64,000 bases of DNA from Acholeplasmataceae bacterium (lineage in GTDB: Bacteria; Bacillota_I; Bacilli_A; Acholeplasmatales; Acholeplasmataceae). A program made the translations under genes and the position numbers. The DNA lies in the NCBI GenBank assembly GCA_963675245.1, contig OY775910.1, positions 992,001-1,056,000 on the forward strand. The letters are read 5' to 3'. The notes under the pieces were generated by a model. The model was not told the DNA's origin and searched no databases. It worked only from the letters and a program-made list of their open reading frames with translations. Below are positions 1-9,244 of this stretch, in pieces; position 1 is the stretch's first letter, and each line of letters begins with the position of its first letter.

Positions 1-1
1 T

Positions 2-358
2 ACTGAGTTCAAAAGAGATGTGCGTTGTTTAGGTAAGAAGAGCAATGTAAAAGTAATGTTTTCATATGATTTTCAAGATAGGTACAACGCTATTAACTAT
101 TTGTTATCAAAATATAATATTTCAGATAATCAAAGTATCGAGAAAAAAGATATCAAAAATAAAATTATCAAAGAAATCAATTTCGAATCACAAGGAAATG
201 TTGATTTAGATTTACTGCAGATTGTTAGAATCGTGTATAAGTGTTTTGACTTCGATAAGCACAAAACAAAGGGGTTTTTGATGTCAAAAGATGGTGGATA
301 TACACCGAGAGAAATAACACATGCGTTCAATAAATTAAGTAAAGAGGTAACAATATGA
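2..358 (+). CDS. Hypothetical element protein, 5'-truncated by window edge
   Basis: Frame of ORF 20..358 is open back to base 2 (TEFKRDVRCLGKK...); stop overlaps next ATG. Confidence 0.6.
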   Translation, partial: TEFKRDVRCLGKKSNVKVMFSYDFQDRYNAINYLLSKYNISDNQSIEKKDIKNKIIKEINFESQGNVDLDLLQIVRIVYKCFDFDKHKTKGFLMSKDGGYTPREITHAFNKLSKEVTI

Positions 359-708
359 TTTCAATGAATATAATGAATATCAATAATCAAATCAAGTCTT
401 TATTAAGCCATATAAATATTTATTCTTTAAAACGTGAAAAAGCGTTTGAAATCGTTCGTGATTCCATTAGAGATGACATGGGAAAGATCTCAAGATTTGG
501 AGCAGTGCGCACATATAGATTAGCTTTTGAATACTTTCAAAATGAACCAATAACAGATTGCTATATGCTTTCAGAATTCGAAGGATACACGAGATCGGAT
601 ATTAAACAAATAAAGTATCAAATGAATAGGAGAATAAAAGTGTTTTCTGAAAATGTGACAAGTCAACATCAAATTAATCAAATATTAAAAATTGTTGGTT
701 GGGACTGA
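355..708 (+). CDS. Hypothetical element protein
   Basis: 117 aa ORF, AGAGGT RBS, ATGA overlap with upstream gene. Confidence 0.6.
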   Translation: MISMNIMNINNQIKSLLSHINIYSLKREKAFEIVRDSIRDDMGKISRFGAVRTYRLAFEYFQNEPITDCYMLSEFEGYTRSDIKQIKYQMNRRIKVFSENVTSQHQINQILKIVGWD

Positions 709-852
709 ATAGTACAATATTAATAAATAGTTGATGTGCGTCGTAGAATATTTTATTATAAATATATGTTCATATTCCATATGAACTATATTATATAAAA
801 CATCTCAATCCTATTTCATAATGTGATAAAATACATTTAAGGTGGGGTTGAG

Positions 853-1236
853 ATGAAAAGAACTTATATTTATGAGTCAATTGACAAGAGAAAAGGTGAA
901 ATTGATTTTTATTATGAACATCACTATTATTCATTTAAACATGTTATGAATAACCGTAAACGGATTTTAAAACTGATTGATTTAAAGTGTAATACCGACC
1001 ATGTTAAATGGGATAAAAACCCAACAGATGAGGAGATAGCGTTTATCCTAGATATGTCATCAATCAACTTATCTAGAGTTATCAATGGTAGAGTCTCACT
1101 TTCAGTTGATGTGTTATTAAAACTATCCTGGTTTTGTGATGTGTCAACGGATAAGATAATTGCTTTTGAAAAAGAATTGGGTCATATAATAAAAAATAGT
1201 GATTTAATTGATTTTGATATCCTCAAGGAGACTTGA
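853..1236 (+). CDS. XRE-family HTH protein (C-terminal HTH)
   Basis: TDEEIAFILDMSSINLSRVINGRVSLSVDVLLKLSWFCDVSTDKII fits HTH_XRE pattern. Confidence 0.7.
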   Translation: MKRTYIYESIDKRKGEIDFYYEHHYYSFKHVMNNRKRILKLIDLKCNTDHVKWDKNPTDEEIAFILDMSSINLSRVINGRVSLSVDVLLKLSWFCDVSTDKIIAFEKELGHIIKNSDLIDFDILKET

Positions 1237-1246
1237 GGTTTTTTTT
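1221..1246 (+). terminator. Intrinsic terminator
   Basis: CCTCAAG-GAGA-CTTGAGG followed by T-run. Confidence 0.75.
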
Positions 1247-1354
1247 ATGTACATTAAATCTTAACATTGATGATAAAATAACAAAGTCAAAATTAAACAG
1301 ATTTAACGTGGCATATTAAACTAAAAGAAAATCAATTATAAAGGAGTGTCAACA

Positions 1355-2227
1355 ATGCTATTCACAGATTTATTTAAGAATTATTTGGAGTATAGTTTAC
1401 TACACAAAGCAAGAGGAACTTATGATTACGAGAGAGCGAAGATAAATAGGCTTAATATCGTTTTGAACGATATGGGTGTGATTGATACCACTCGATTTGA
1501 CAGAAACGCTCTAAATCGCCTCATTTTATATCTTAAAACGAATATTAGTAATAAGACGATTAATAAATATTTACTAATTATGAAAAATGCTTATAAAATC
1601 AATGATCTTGACTTTGAATATCTACAAAAGTTTAAAAAATTAAGAGAGAATAAAGTTCACTTTGAAATTATTGACAAAAATGAACTTAAAAAAATAATTA
1701 ATTGGGCATTGAGATTAAAAAGCAATCAAGATAATAACTTAATGTATCAAACCATTATTTTTTTATTACTGGAAACGGGTGTTAGAGCAAATGAGCTAAT
1801 AAACATTGAAATAAAAAACATAGATTTAGAGAATAAGTCTATACTTTTAACCACTACGAAAACAAAAAAGAACAGACTTGTATTCTTTACAAATTTATCA
1901 AAAAAATATATTGTAGATATGATTGACTTGGGACCGAAGAATCGCAAGTTTTTGCTCTTTAATAGATTAAAAAAAAGACAAACGCTATTTAGAGATATTA
2001 AATATACGATTGATAAGATTAAGCACGAAACTAATATCATAAAATTGCACCCTCACATGTTTAGACATACATTCGCAACACTAGCTTATGAAAATGGTAT
2101 GGATGTCTTTGTTTTAAAAGAGTTATTAGGACATGAAAATATAGAAACAACAATGATTTATACTCACATTTCTGAAAATAGATTAAATCAAACATATAGG
2201 AAGGCATTTGAGAACGATATATTTTGA
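1355..2227 (+). CDS. Tyrosine recombinase/integrase
   Basis: Catalytic set present: [44 protein letters not shown] favours ATG at 1355 over GTG at 1346. Confidence 0.92.
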   Translation: MLFTDLFKNYLEYSLLHKARGTYDYERAKINRLNIVLNDMGVIDTTRFDRNALNRLILYLKTNISNKTINKYLLIMKNAYKINDLDFEYLQKFKKLRENKVHFEIIDKNELKKIINWALRLKSNQDNNLMYQTIIFLLLETGVRANELINIEIKNIDLENKSILLTTTKTKKNRLVFFTNLSKKYIVDMIDLGPKNRKFLLFNRLKKRQTLFRDIKYTIDKIKHETNIIKLHPHMFRHTFATLAYENGMDVFVLKELLGHENIETTMIYTHISENRLNQTYRKAFENDIF

Positions 2228-2295
2228 ATAACTGTGTATAAGAGTACATTAAAGTACATTAAAGTGCAAAAAAATGCTTAAAAAAGTAAAAAAAA

Positions 2296-2325
2296 TTGTA
2301 CTTTTCCACAATATTTTGTTATAAT
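2296..2325 (+). promoter_or_regulatory. sigma-A promoter for candidate small RNA
   Basis: TTGTAC-N18-TATAAT with extended TG (TGTTATAAT). Confidence 0.65.
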
Positions 2326-2330
2326 ATGTA

Positions 2331-2392
2331 TGTAAACTTTGTGGCTATGCACACAAAAAGAAAAAGAGGTTTTAGAGGAACCTCTTTTTTTT
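2331..2392 (+). ncRNA. Candidate ~60-nt antisense small RNA
   Basis: Lies between promoter and terminator with no ORF; first 28 nt complementary to the 5' UTR of the convergent YjzC-like mRNA. Confidence 0.6.
2355..2392. terminator. Bidirectional intrinsic terminator
   Basis: AAAAAGAGGTT-loop-AACCTCTTTTTTTT, with T-runs on both strands. Confidence 0.8.
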
Positions 2393-2441
2393 CCGAAACT
2401 TTCAATCATCAGTGCTGTGATTTAAACGGATTTAATTAAAA

Positions 2442-2624
2442 TTATTTTGTATGTTTGGTCGGATCAACTAAAACATAAATCTGATTTGGCTTGGGTGTTG
2501 GAGGTACTTTGTTGCCTTTTATTAGGGTTACCTCGTTCTGAGATATACGACCGTTTGAAAAACCTATCGCATACTGTCCAGAAACATCCGTAATTTGACC
2601 ACTTTTTATTGTATGTTTTGTCAT
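2442..2624 (-). CDS. YjzC-like small protein (60 aa)
   Basis: KSGQITDVSGQY...VTLIKGNKVPPTPKPNQIY resembles YjzC family; RBS AAAGGTGG 9 nt before ATG 2624. Confidence 0.7.
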   Translation of the reverse strand: MTKHTIKSGQITDVSGQYAIGFSNGRISQNEVTLIKGNKVPPTPKPNQIYVLVDPTKHTK

Positions 2625-2742
2625 TTGCAAATTCCACCTTTCTTATAAAATTATTTATAAGCAAGATGACTGTAAACTTTGTGGCTATATACACAAAACC
2701 GTTTCGGAAATCAACAAATAATCATGTCTAAATCACAACAAC

Positions 2743-2771
2743 ATTATAACATAAATAAGGCGATTTGTCAA
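2743..2771 (-). promoter_or_regulatory. Consensus sigma-A promoter for YjzC-like gene
   Basis: TTGACA-N17-TATAAT with extended TG on minus strand. Confidence 0.8.
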
Positions 2772-2856
2772 TGTTGAGCTGATATTGTCAATACTCGTAT
2801 TAAAAATAAAAAAGTAGTAATAGTAATAATTTTCCAGATAAAAAAAGAACGAACAT

Positions 2857-3072
2857 TTATTGCTCGTTCTTTTTATCATCATCTATTAAACCGAGTAAAT
2901 AATCTGCTGAACATTCAAGAACCTTAACAAGATGTCTTATTTGCTCTTCATTCAACCTGTAAACACCATTTTCATAGTTGGAAACATTGCTTTGTGGGAC
3001 ATCTAAAATCTTTGATATTTGAACTTGTGTCAAACCCTTTTTAATTCTTGCCTCTTTAAGTTTGTTACTCAT
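2857..3072 (-). CDS. XRE-family repressor
   Basis: KLKEARIKKGLTQVQISKILDVPQSNVSNYENG...SADYLLG; GAGGAG upstream of ATG 3072. Confidence 0.9.
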   Translation of the reverse strand: MSNKLKEARIKKGLTQVQISKILDVPQSNVSNYENGVYRLNEEQIRHLVKVLECSADYLLGLIDDDKKNEQ

Positions 3073-3097
3073 ATTAACACCACTCCTCATTTTAATG

Positions 3098-3126
3098 TTG
3101 ACTCCTGTATCGCTTTGAGCTATAAT
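3098..3126 (+). promoter_or_regulatory. Outward-facing sigma-A promoter divergent from xre
   Basis: TTGACT-N17-TATAAT. Confidence 0.65.
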
Positions 3127-3225
3127 TAAGGTGTTAAGGAAATATTGCTTTAAGCGATATTCAACGGTTAGAGTGCTTAATCATGATGTCACTCGTTCAT
3201 ATTCAAACGGCTTGTATAATTAGTA

Positions 3226-3299
3226 TGGCAGGCCCAACAGGATTTGAACCTGTGGTGAGGGAGTCAAAGTCCCTTGCCTTACCCCTTGGCTATGGGCCT
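3226..3299 (-). tRNA. tRNA-Gln(TTG)
   Basis: Cloverleaf AGGCCCA...AGGGA-CTTTGAC-TCCCT...TTCAAAT...TGGGCCT-G-CCA. Confidence 0.95.
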
Positions 3300-3569
3300 G
3301 TATGGCTAAACAGGTGAATATACTTTTAAAAGGAGAGATATATTTTTAGTTCAGCATTTATGATTTTAGCATAATGTTAATCAAAACTCAACTATAAAAA
3401 GCGATAAAATAACTGTTAAGTTATATTACCCTAATTTCTAATGGATTTATTCATCTAAAATTACACTATAATATGTGATATGATGTATATCAAACATTTT
3501 TAGATAAATGGGTTTATAATAAAAATATGAAAGCGTTTTATATTTTTGTTAAAGGAGATATGAATAGTC

Positions 3570-4619
3570 GTGAAGATGACAGCGGTTATTAAAGACAAGA
3601 AAGATGTAGGATGCAAGGTCGTTGAGAAAGAAGTACCAGAAAAATTGGGGGAAAAAGATGTTTTAATCAAGGTTTTGGCGACCTCTATTTGTGGTACAGA
3701 TGTCCATATTTTTAAGTGGGATAAATGGAGCCAAGGTAGAGTGAAACCACCGAATATTATGGGACATGAATTTGCAGGTGAAGTCATAAAAATCGGTTCT
3801 GAAGTAACAAAAGTTAAAATCGGAGATATTGTATCTTCTGAAACACACATTGTATGTGGTGAATGTGAGTTCTGCAAAAGAGGAGAATACCACATATGTG
3901 AAAACACAAAAATTATCGGTGTAGATATTGATGGTTGTTTTGCTGAATATATTAGAATGCCTGAGTTTAATTTAATCGTGAACAACAACGGTATTGATCC
4001 TAAGTATTTATCGATTCAAGAACCACTTGGTAATGCCGTTCACACCATGTTGCATTTTGATATCAAAGACAAAGATGTTGCAGTTATAGGTTGTGGACCT
4101 ATTGGTTTAATGGGAGTCAATATCGCTAAAGCAGTTGGCGCGAAAAAAGTGATTGCTATTGAAATTCAACCATACCGTATAGCGATGGCAAAAATGTTAG
4201 GTGCTGATGTTGTTATAAACCCTCGTGAAGAAGACGTTGTTAAGCGTGTATTAGATGAAACAAATGGTAAAGGTGTTGATGTCATAGGAGAGTTTTCTGG
4301 TAACGAATTCGCGATCGAAGCTGCATTTAAATATATTAAACGTGGTGGTAAAATGGCGATGCTTGGTATCACGCCTGATAACGTGACATTTGATATTTCA
4401 AATGATTTTGTATTTAAAGGAATTACGATGTATGGTGTTGTTGGTAGAATATTGTTTGATACGTGGGATAAAGTCGGCTATTTGATTGACAACCATATGT
4501 TGGATTTAGATAAAATTGTGACACATGTCCTACCACTTGAAGAAGTTGAAAAAGGTATGGAGATTATGATGTCAGGACAGAGTGGAAAAGTAGTATTAAT
4601 ACCAAATCATAAGGAGTGA
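3570..4619 (+). CDS. tdh: L-threonine 3-dehydrogenase
   Basis: [28 protein letters not shown] motifs; paired with kbl. Confidence 0.93.
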   Translation: MKMTAVIKDKKDVGCKVVEKEVPEKLGEKDVLIKVLATSICGTDVHIFKWDKWSQGRVKPPNIMGHEFAGEVIKIGSEVTKVKIGDIVSSETHIVCGECEFCKRGEYHICENTKIIGVDIDGCFAEYIRMPEFNLIVNNNGIDPKYLSIQEPLGNAVHTMLHFDIKDKDVAVIGCGPIGLMGVNIAKAVGAKKVIAIEIQPYRIAMAKMLGADVVINPREEDVVKRVLDETNGKGVDVIGEFSGNEFAIEAAFKYIKRGGKMAMLGITPDNVTFDISNDFVFKGITMYGVVGRILFDTWDKVGYLIDNHMLDLDKIVTHVLPLEEVEKGMEIMMSGQSGKVVLIPNHKE

Positions 4620-4620
4620 G

Positions 4621-5793
4621 TTGATGGGGTTTTTAAAAGAAAAAATTGATGAATTAAAAGAAGCGGGTGTATATCGCACATTACCAGTTAATGATGGTCC
4701 ATGTGAAGCTGAAATCATCTTAAATGGTAGAAAGGTAATTAATTTATCTTCAAACAACTATTTGGGTTTCGCAAATCATCCAAGATTAAAAGAAGCTGCT
4801 AAAAAAGCGATTGATCAATATGGTGTAGGTGCAGGAGCGGTTAGAACAATTGTCGGAAACATGACAATTCATGAAACGTTGGATGAAACGATCGCTGCAT
4901 TTAAAAAAGAAGAAGCGGCTGTCGTGTTTCAATCAGGGTATAACGTTAATGCAGGCGTCATACAAGCGATCACAACCAAAAATGATTTAATCATATCTGA
5001 TGAACTTAATCACGCATCCATTATTGATGGTGTGAGATTATCAAAAGCGTCACGTACCGTTTTTAAGCACAGCGATATGATTGATTTAAAACGTGTTTTA
5101 GAAGAAAATAAAGGGAAATACGAACATACTTTTATTATTACCGATGGTGTATTTTCAATGGATGGGGATTTAGCGAAACTACCTGAAATTGTCAAACTAG
5201 CTAAGCAATATAATGCGTATACATATGTCGATGATGCTCATGGTTCAGGTGTTTTAGGTGATAGAGGAAGAGGAACAGTGGATCATTATCATCTGCACGG
5301 CCAAGTTGATTTCATTGTAGGTACCTTATCAAAAGCGATTGGTGTCGTTGGCGGTTATGTGTGTGGCTCAAATGATATGAGAGAATGGCTGTTACATCGT
5401 GGTAGACCATTATTATTCTCAACTGCTTTAATGCCTAGTGCAGCTGCCGCTATTATTGAAGCTTTTCACATGCTTGAATCATCTTTGGAGTTTACAGATA
5501 AACTATGGGAAAATGGTCGTTATTTCAAACAAAAGTTATCACAATTGGGATTTGATATCGGTCATAGTGAGACACCTATCACACCAATTATGGTAGGAGA
5601 TGAAGCATTGACGATGACGTTTTCAAAAGATCTATTAGATCATGGTGTTTATGTATCAGGCATTGTTTTTCCGACGGTACCTAAAGGTAAAGGTAGAATA
5701 AGATGTATGGTTTCTGCACTTCACACGAAGGCACAACTTGATCAAGCGGTTAAGATTATTGAAACTTCAGCAAAATCATTAGAAATCATTTAA
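4621..5793 (+). CDS. kbl: Glycine C-acetyltransferase (2-amino-3-ketobutyrate CoA ligase)
   Basis: [29 protein letters not shown] (PLP lysine). Confidence 0.9.
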   Translation: MMGFLKEKIDELKEAGVYRTLPVNDGPCEAEIILNGRKVINLSSNNYLGFANHPRLKEAAKKAIDQYGVGAGAVRTIVGNMTIHETLDETIAAFKKEEAAVVFQSGYNVNAGVIQAITTKNDLIISDELNHASIIDGVRLSKASRTVFKHSDMIDLKRVLEENKGKYEHTFIITDGVFSMDGDLAKLPEIVKLAKQYNAYTYVDDAHGSGVLGDRGRGTVDHYHLHGQVDFIVGTLSKAIGVVGGYVCGSNDMREWLLHRGRPLLFSTALMPSAAAAIIEAFHMLESSLEFTDKLWENGRYFKQKLSQLGFDIGHSETPITPIMVGDEALTMTFSKDLLDHGVYVSGIVFPTVPKGKGRIRCMVSALHTKAQLDQAVKIIETSAKSLEII

Positions 5794-5855
5794 TGTATAA
5801 AAACAAATAAAGGCCTTATCGATGGATAAGACCTTTTTCTATGTTTAAATATTTA

Positions 5856-5932
5856 TGGGGCGGCCGAAGGGAATCGAACCCTCGAATGTCGGGACCACAA
5901 CCCGATGCGTTAACCACTTCGCCACGGCCGCC
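5856..5932 (-). tRNA. tRNA-His(GTG)
   Basis: Cloverleaf with G-1, anticodon loop TTGTGGT, CCA end. Confidence 0.95.
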
Positions 5933-6048
5933 ATGTCGTAGCGCAATATCTATTATACAATAAATTATTTTATTGTAAAGTAAAAATATGTAAAAACAGG
6001 TTTTTTGTTGTGTATTAATCTCTTTTCTAGTATCATATATAGGAGGAT

Positions 6049-7113
6049 GTGATTATTATGGGAAAATGGGTTGGCAGATTATTTTATGCCATCGTAATTG
6101 TCTTTATGACGTTCTTCATTATCCAGAGTGCATATGATTCTAGAAGCAATGCTTATTTAGTAGAAAATATGAATGGTGAATGGGATAATGAAGCACAGTT
6201 TTTCAAAGGTGTTAATACACTTTTAGACTTAGATTTTATGACAGCAGATCCAATTACAACTGCTTATGTAGATAATGCAGGTGAACACCAATTAACATTA
6301 CAGTTTTTCGGTATAGGTTATACAGACCAAGCAGGTAATCATCTTGATGGTATCATGGTGTTTGTTAATCATGTTAAAATATTTGAACCAGATGGAACGA
6401 CGGGTCGTTTAAAAGAAGTTGAAACACCATATATAAAACTGACCATTTATACGGATGAACCATTAAATGCGACATCTACTGACACTGTATCATATTCAGG
6501 CTTCGAAGGTCAGAATTTCGCAGCTGGATTCCTTTTTGATCAAGAAAGTGAAGAAGTTGCTTATGATTTAACGTATTATGTTGATCAAGACGGAAATTAT
6601 CTTTCATCAAATAGTGCTGATATTCCAAGTGACACGACTAGTGTACCAGTGATAGCATCTATTACACGTGTTGATGTTGATTATTCAAATGGTGAATCTG
6701 TCGGTGGTGATTTCACATATGCTACTGAATCATTGATGATAGTATCTAATCAAGTGATTGATGATCCAGTTTTTGATGATAGCTTTAAATTTACAGATTT
6801 TAGTTATGATCCACAACTGTATAGATTACAAGATGATTTAACCGAATGGCCAGTAAAAGAAGCTGAAAAAACGGCTTTAAATTTATTTACAGATCGTGAT
6901 GATTTATCAGCTTATAATTGGGAAATGGTACGTGTTTATCTTCTCTATGCAGGTTTCGTTCTAATTGTGACATATCTATTGTTCTTCCATAAGAAAACGA
7001 TGATATATATACGCACAAGACGCAATGCAAAAAAGAATAATAATATCATAGACGCTGAAGTAGTTGAATCAAAACCACAAGAACAAATATTTGAAGATAA
7101 AGAACCTAAATAA
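6049..7113 (+). CDS. Hypothetical membrane protein (N- and C-terminal TM, acidic extracellular domain)
   Basis: 354 aa ORF with AGGAGG RBS and two hydrophobic segments. Confidence 0.75.
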   Translation: MIIMGKWVGRLFYAIVIVFMTFFIIQSAYDSRSNAYLVENMNGEWDNEAQFFKGVNTLLDLDFMTADPITTAYVDNAGEHQLTLQFFGIGYTDQAGNHLDGIMVFVNHVKIFEPDGTTGRLKEVETPYIKLTIYTDEPLNATSTDTVSYSGFEGQNFAAGFLFDQESEEVAYDLTYYVDQDGNYLSSNSADIPSDTTSVPVIASITRVDVDYSNGESVGGDFTYATESLMIVSNQVIDDPVFDDSFKFTDFSYDPQLYRLQDDLTEWPVKEAEKTALNLFTDRDDLSAYNWEMVRVYLLYAGFVLIVTYLLFFHKKTMIYIRTRRNAKKNNNIIDAEVVESKPQEQIFEDKEPK

Positions 7114-7196
7114 GAAGATGGAAAATAATTCCATCTTTTTTTTCGGTTTGAATTGCATAAAGGCTTCTTAATATGCTATACTTATACATGCCGTTT

Positions 7197-7271
7197 AGGG
7201 ATATGGTGTCAACGGTAGCACAGCGGTCTCCAAAACCGTTAGTTCGGGTTCGAATCCTGATATCCCTGCCA
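7197..7271 (+). tRNA. tRNA-Trp(CCA)
   Basis: AGGGATA...GCGGT-CTCCAAA-ACCGT...TTCGAAT...TATCCCT-G-CCA. Confidence 0.95.
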
Positions 7272-7281
7272 TATTATTATT

Positions 7282-7355
7282 AGGCCCATAGCCAAGTGGT
7301 AAGGCAGAAGGCTCTGAACCTTCCATCGCTGGTTCGAATCCAACTGGGCCTGCCA
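7282..7355 (+). tRNA. tRNA-Gln(CTG)
   Basis: AGGCCCA...GAAGG-CTCTGAA-CCTTC...TGGGCCT-G-CCA; one C.A mismatch in T-stem. Confidence 0.9.
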
Positions 7356-7438
7356 CTTATTTTATAAGACCAATAAGGTCTTTTTCTTTTTAGTAAAAAA
7401 GAGGCTTCATGCTTATTATTAAGCAGGAGGAATGAAAT

Positions 7439-8980
7439 ATGAAAAAGATTTTAATGGCAATAATGATTATGTTATGTATCGGTTTTGGGATTACAACAAG
7501 CCAAGCGAATATTGATACTGAAGATATTCCAGGGGGTAAGAATTTATTAAATTTAAGGACTGTCTATACAATTGATCCAAGTAATGAAGGATATAGTAGT
7601 AGGCATTATGTAGGTGTTCATTCAGGTTCAACGTACACGTTTGTTATGGACTATGCTTATTATGATAGTTGTTCGTATGTATCTTTAGGGTTTGAATATG
7701 AAGAATATCCTTCAGGTAATCCTGGATGGGTTGAATATCAATTTGATGAAGTCAATCAAAGAGTTTATGCAGAGTTTATACCAAATGCAGATTATATTAA
7801 TATTTATGCAATGCCTGTTCCTAGTGGGCCATATGTCATGAGTTACAATGTCATGATATATGAAGGTGACTACGTTGATTTTGATGGTTTTGAACCATAT
7901 GTTTTAGATGGATTTTCTTATCAAGATGCAGGTACTTTAGAAATCAATTATGATAATATGTTAACACTTGAAGACATTGAATCGTTAATTATAGCAAAGG
8001 ATCCGGATGGTAATACGATTGATAAAACAATCATTTCAAATTCGTTTAGTTCAAGTGATAAAATGCCTGGAGAATATCAAATTATTTTTCAAGCGATGAG
8101 TAACATGATTGCGAGAACTTATTTGTTAAGTATTGTTGTTTACGATAATACACCACCTGTCATTGTTGGTGAAGATACCTTAACGTATGAGTTCACAAAT
8201 AGACCGTCTATTGAAGCTATTACGGCTTTATACACGGCAACGGATAATGTTGACGGGTCTGTTCTAGTGTATGTACTTAATCAAACATATGAAAGTGCAT
8301 CGATGATCGGTTCATATATTATCGAATATGAAGCAATGGATTCTAGTGGTAATTCATCAACGAAAGAAGTCATTATAGAACTAGTAGATACAACACCACC
8401 CACCTTCAATGGACCTACGGATTTATATATTTATACAACAGACATACCTTATACAGATGCTGAACTATTAGCAACACTCTCGGCCATTGATGAAATCGAT
8501 GGATCTTGTGAAGTGACGATCGCGTCAAACAATTATAATCAAACCCAATTAGCAGGTGTTTATGAAGTTGAATTCATCACAAGCGACGCACTAGGCAATA
8601 GTGTTATAAGAGGTGTCTGGATTCACGTCATTGACAACAGAGGACCTTCGTTTGAGACCAACGAATTAATTATTGAAACGACACCGTCTGAATTACTTTC
8701 GGAAAGCGATGTTTTGTCAACGTTTACGTCTCATATGGCAACGTTAAATATGAAAGTAGATAACGTTAAAATTCAATATAGTGAATATGATACACATGAA
8801 AATGAAACTGGAAATTACTATGTTTATTTGTCATATGATGTTGATGGCGTTACACAAACAACAAGGGTGCTAATTACAGTTAATAATGAAGGGTTATCAT
8901 TTTCGCCTTATTATTTATTAGGTATTGTTCCAATCGTAGGTTTAGCGGTTTACATTTTCATTAAAAAAAGACCATTTTAA
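7439..8980 (+). CDS. Surface protein with tandem Ig-like (DUF5011/HYR-like) repeats and C-terminal TM anchor
   Basis: Signal peptide; repeated D(N/T)TPP.(I/F).G...A.D..DG...G.Y motifs; C-terminal TM plus KKR. Confidence 0.75.
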   Translation: MKKILMAIMIMLCIGFGITTSQANIDTEDIPGGKNLLNLRTVYTIDPSNEGYSSRHYVGVHSGSTYTFVMDYAYYDSCSYVSLGFEYEEYPSGNPGWVEYQFDEVNQRVYAEFIPNADYINIYAMPVPSGPYVMSYNVMIYEGDYVDFDGFEPYVLDGFSYQDAGTLEINYDNMLTLEDIESLIIAKDPDGNTIDKTIISNSFSSSDKMPGEYQIIFQAMSNMIARTYLLSIVVYDNTPPVIVGEDTLTYEFTNRPSIEAITALYTATDNVDGSVLVYVLNQTYESASMIGSYIIEYEAMDSSGNSSTKEVIIELVDTTPPTFNGPTDLYIYTTDIPYTDAELLATLSAIDEIDGSCEVTIASNNYNQTQLAGVYEVEFITSDALGNSVIRGVWIHVIDNRGPSFETNELIIETTPSELLSESDVLSTFTSHMATLNMKVDNVKIQYSEYDTHENETGNYYVYLSYDVDGVTQTTRVLITVNNEGLSFSPYYLLGIVPIVGLAVYIFIKKRPF

Positions 8981-9036
8981 ATAGTTGTGCAAAAAGAATT
9001 GACACATGATTAAAAAAAAGGTATAATTCTTTTTGC

Positions 9037-9121
9037 GCGGGTGTGGCGAAATTGGCATACGCACTAGACTTAGGATCTAGCGCCTCACGGCATGCAGGTT
9101 CAAGTCCTGTCACCCGCACCA
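9037..9121 (+). tRNA. tRNA-Leu(TAG)
   Basis: GCGGGTG...CTAGA-CTTAGGA-TCTAG, long variable arm, CACCCGC-A-CCA. Confidence 0.95.
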
Positions 9122-9244
9122 TACAACATATAAAAGGACTTCAAATCATGAAGTCTTTTTTTGTGTTTGTGAAAAAATGTACGATTTAAGATTGATTATT
9201 CTATGTATAGTTGATATAATCTATTAAACAAAACATTCGCTCAA

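Larger units (their letters stand above)
2331..2698 (+). repeat. 28-bp direct repeat pair (2331-2358 and 2671-2698)
   Basis: TGTAAACTTTGTGGCTATgcACACAAAA vs TGTAAACTTTGTGGCTATatACACAAAA, 26/28 identical. Confidence 0.95.
1..3225. mobile_element. Right end of an integrated element (prophage/satellite/IME-like) next to the 3' end of tRNA-Gln(TTG); left end outside window
   Basis: Tyrosine integrase, two XRE-HTH genes, small hypothetical ORFs, very AT-rich; abuts tRNA 3' end. Second att copy not visible in window. Confidence 0.8.

Noticed and set aside
1355..2227. Integrase as chromosomal XerC/D or integron integrase
   Set aside because: Context is XRE genes plus a tRNA end; no IntI-specific insertion or attC array visible.
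2464..2694. 76-aa minus ORF as an independent gene
   Set aside because: No clear SD and it overlaps the better-supported YjzC-like ORF; kept only as a possible leader ORF.
2331..2698. 28-bp hairpin-forming repeat pair as a mini CRISPR array
   Set aside because: Only two copies, 312 bp apart with a gene and terminator between; no cas genes in window.
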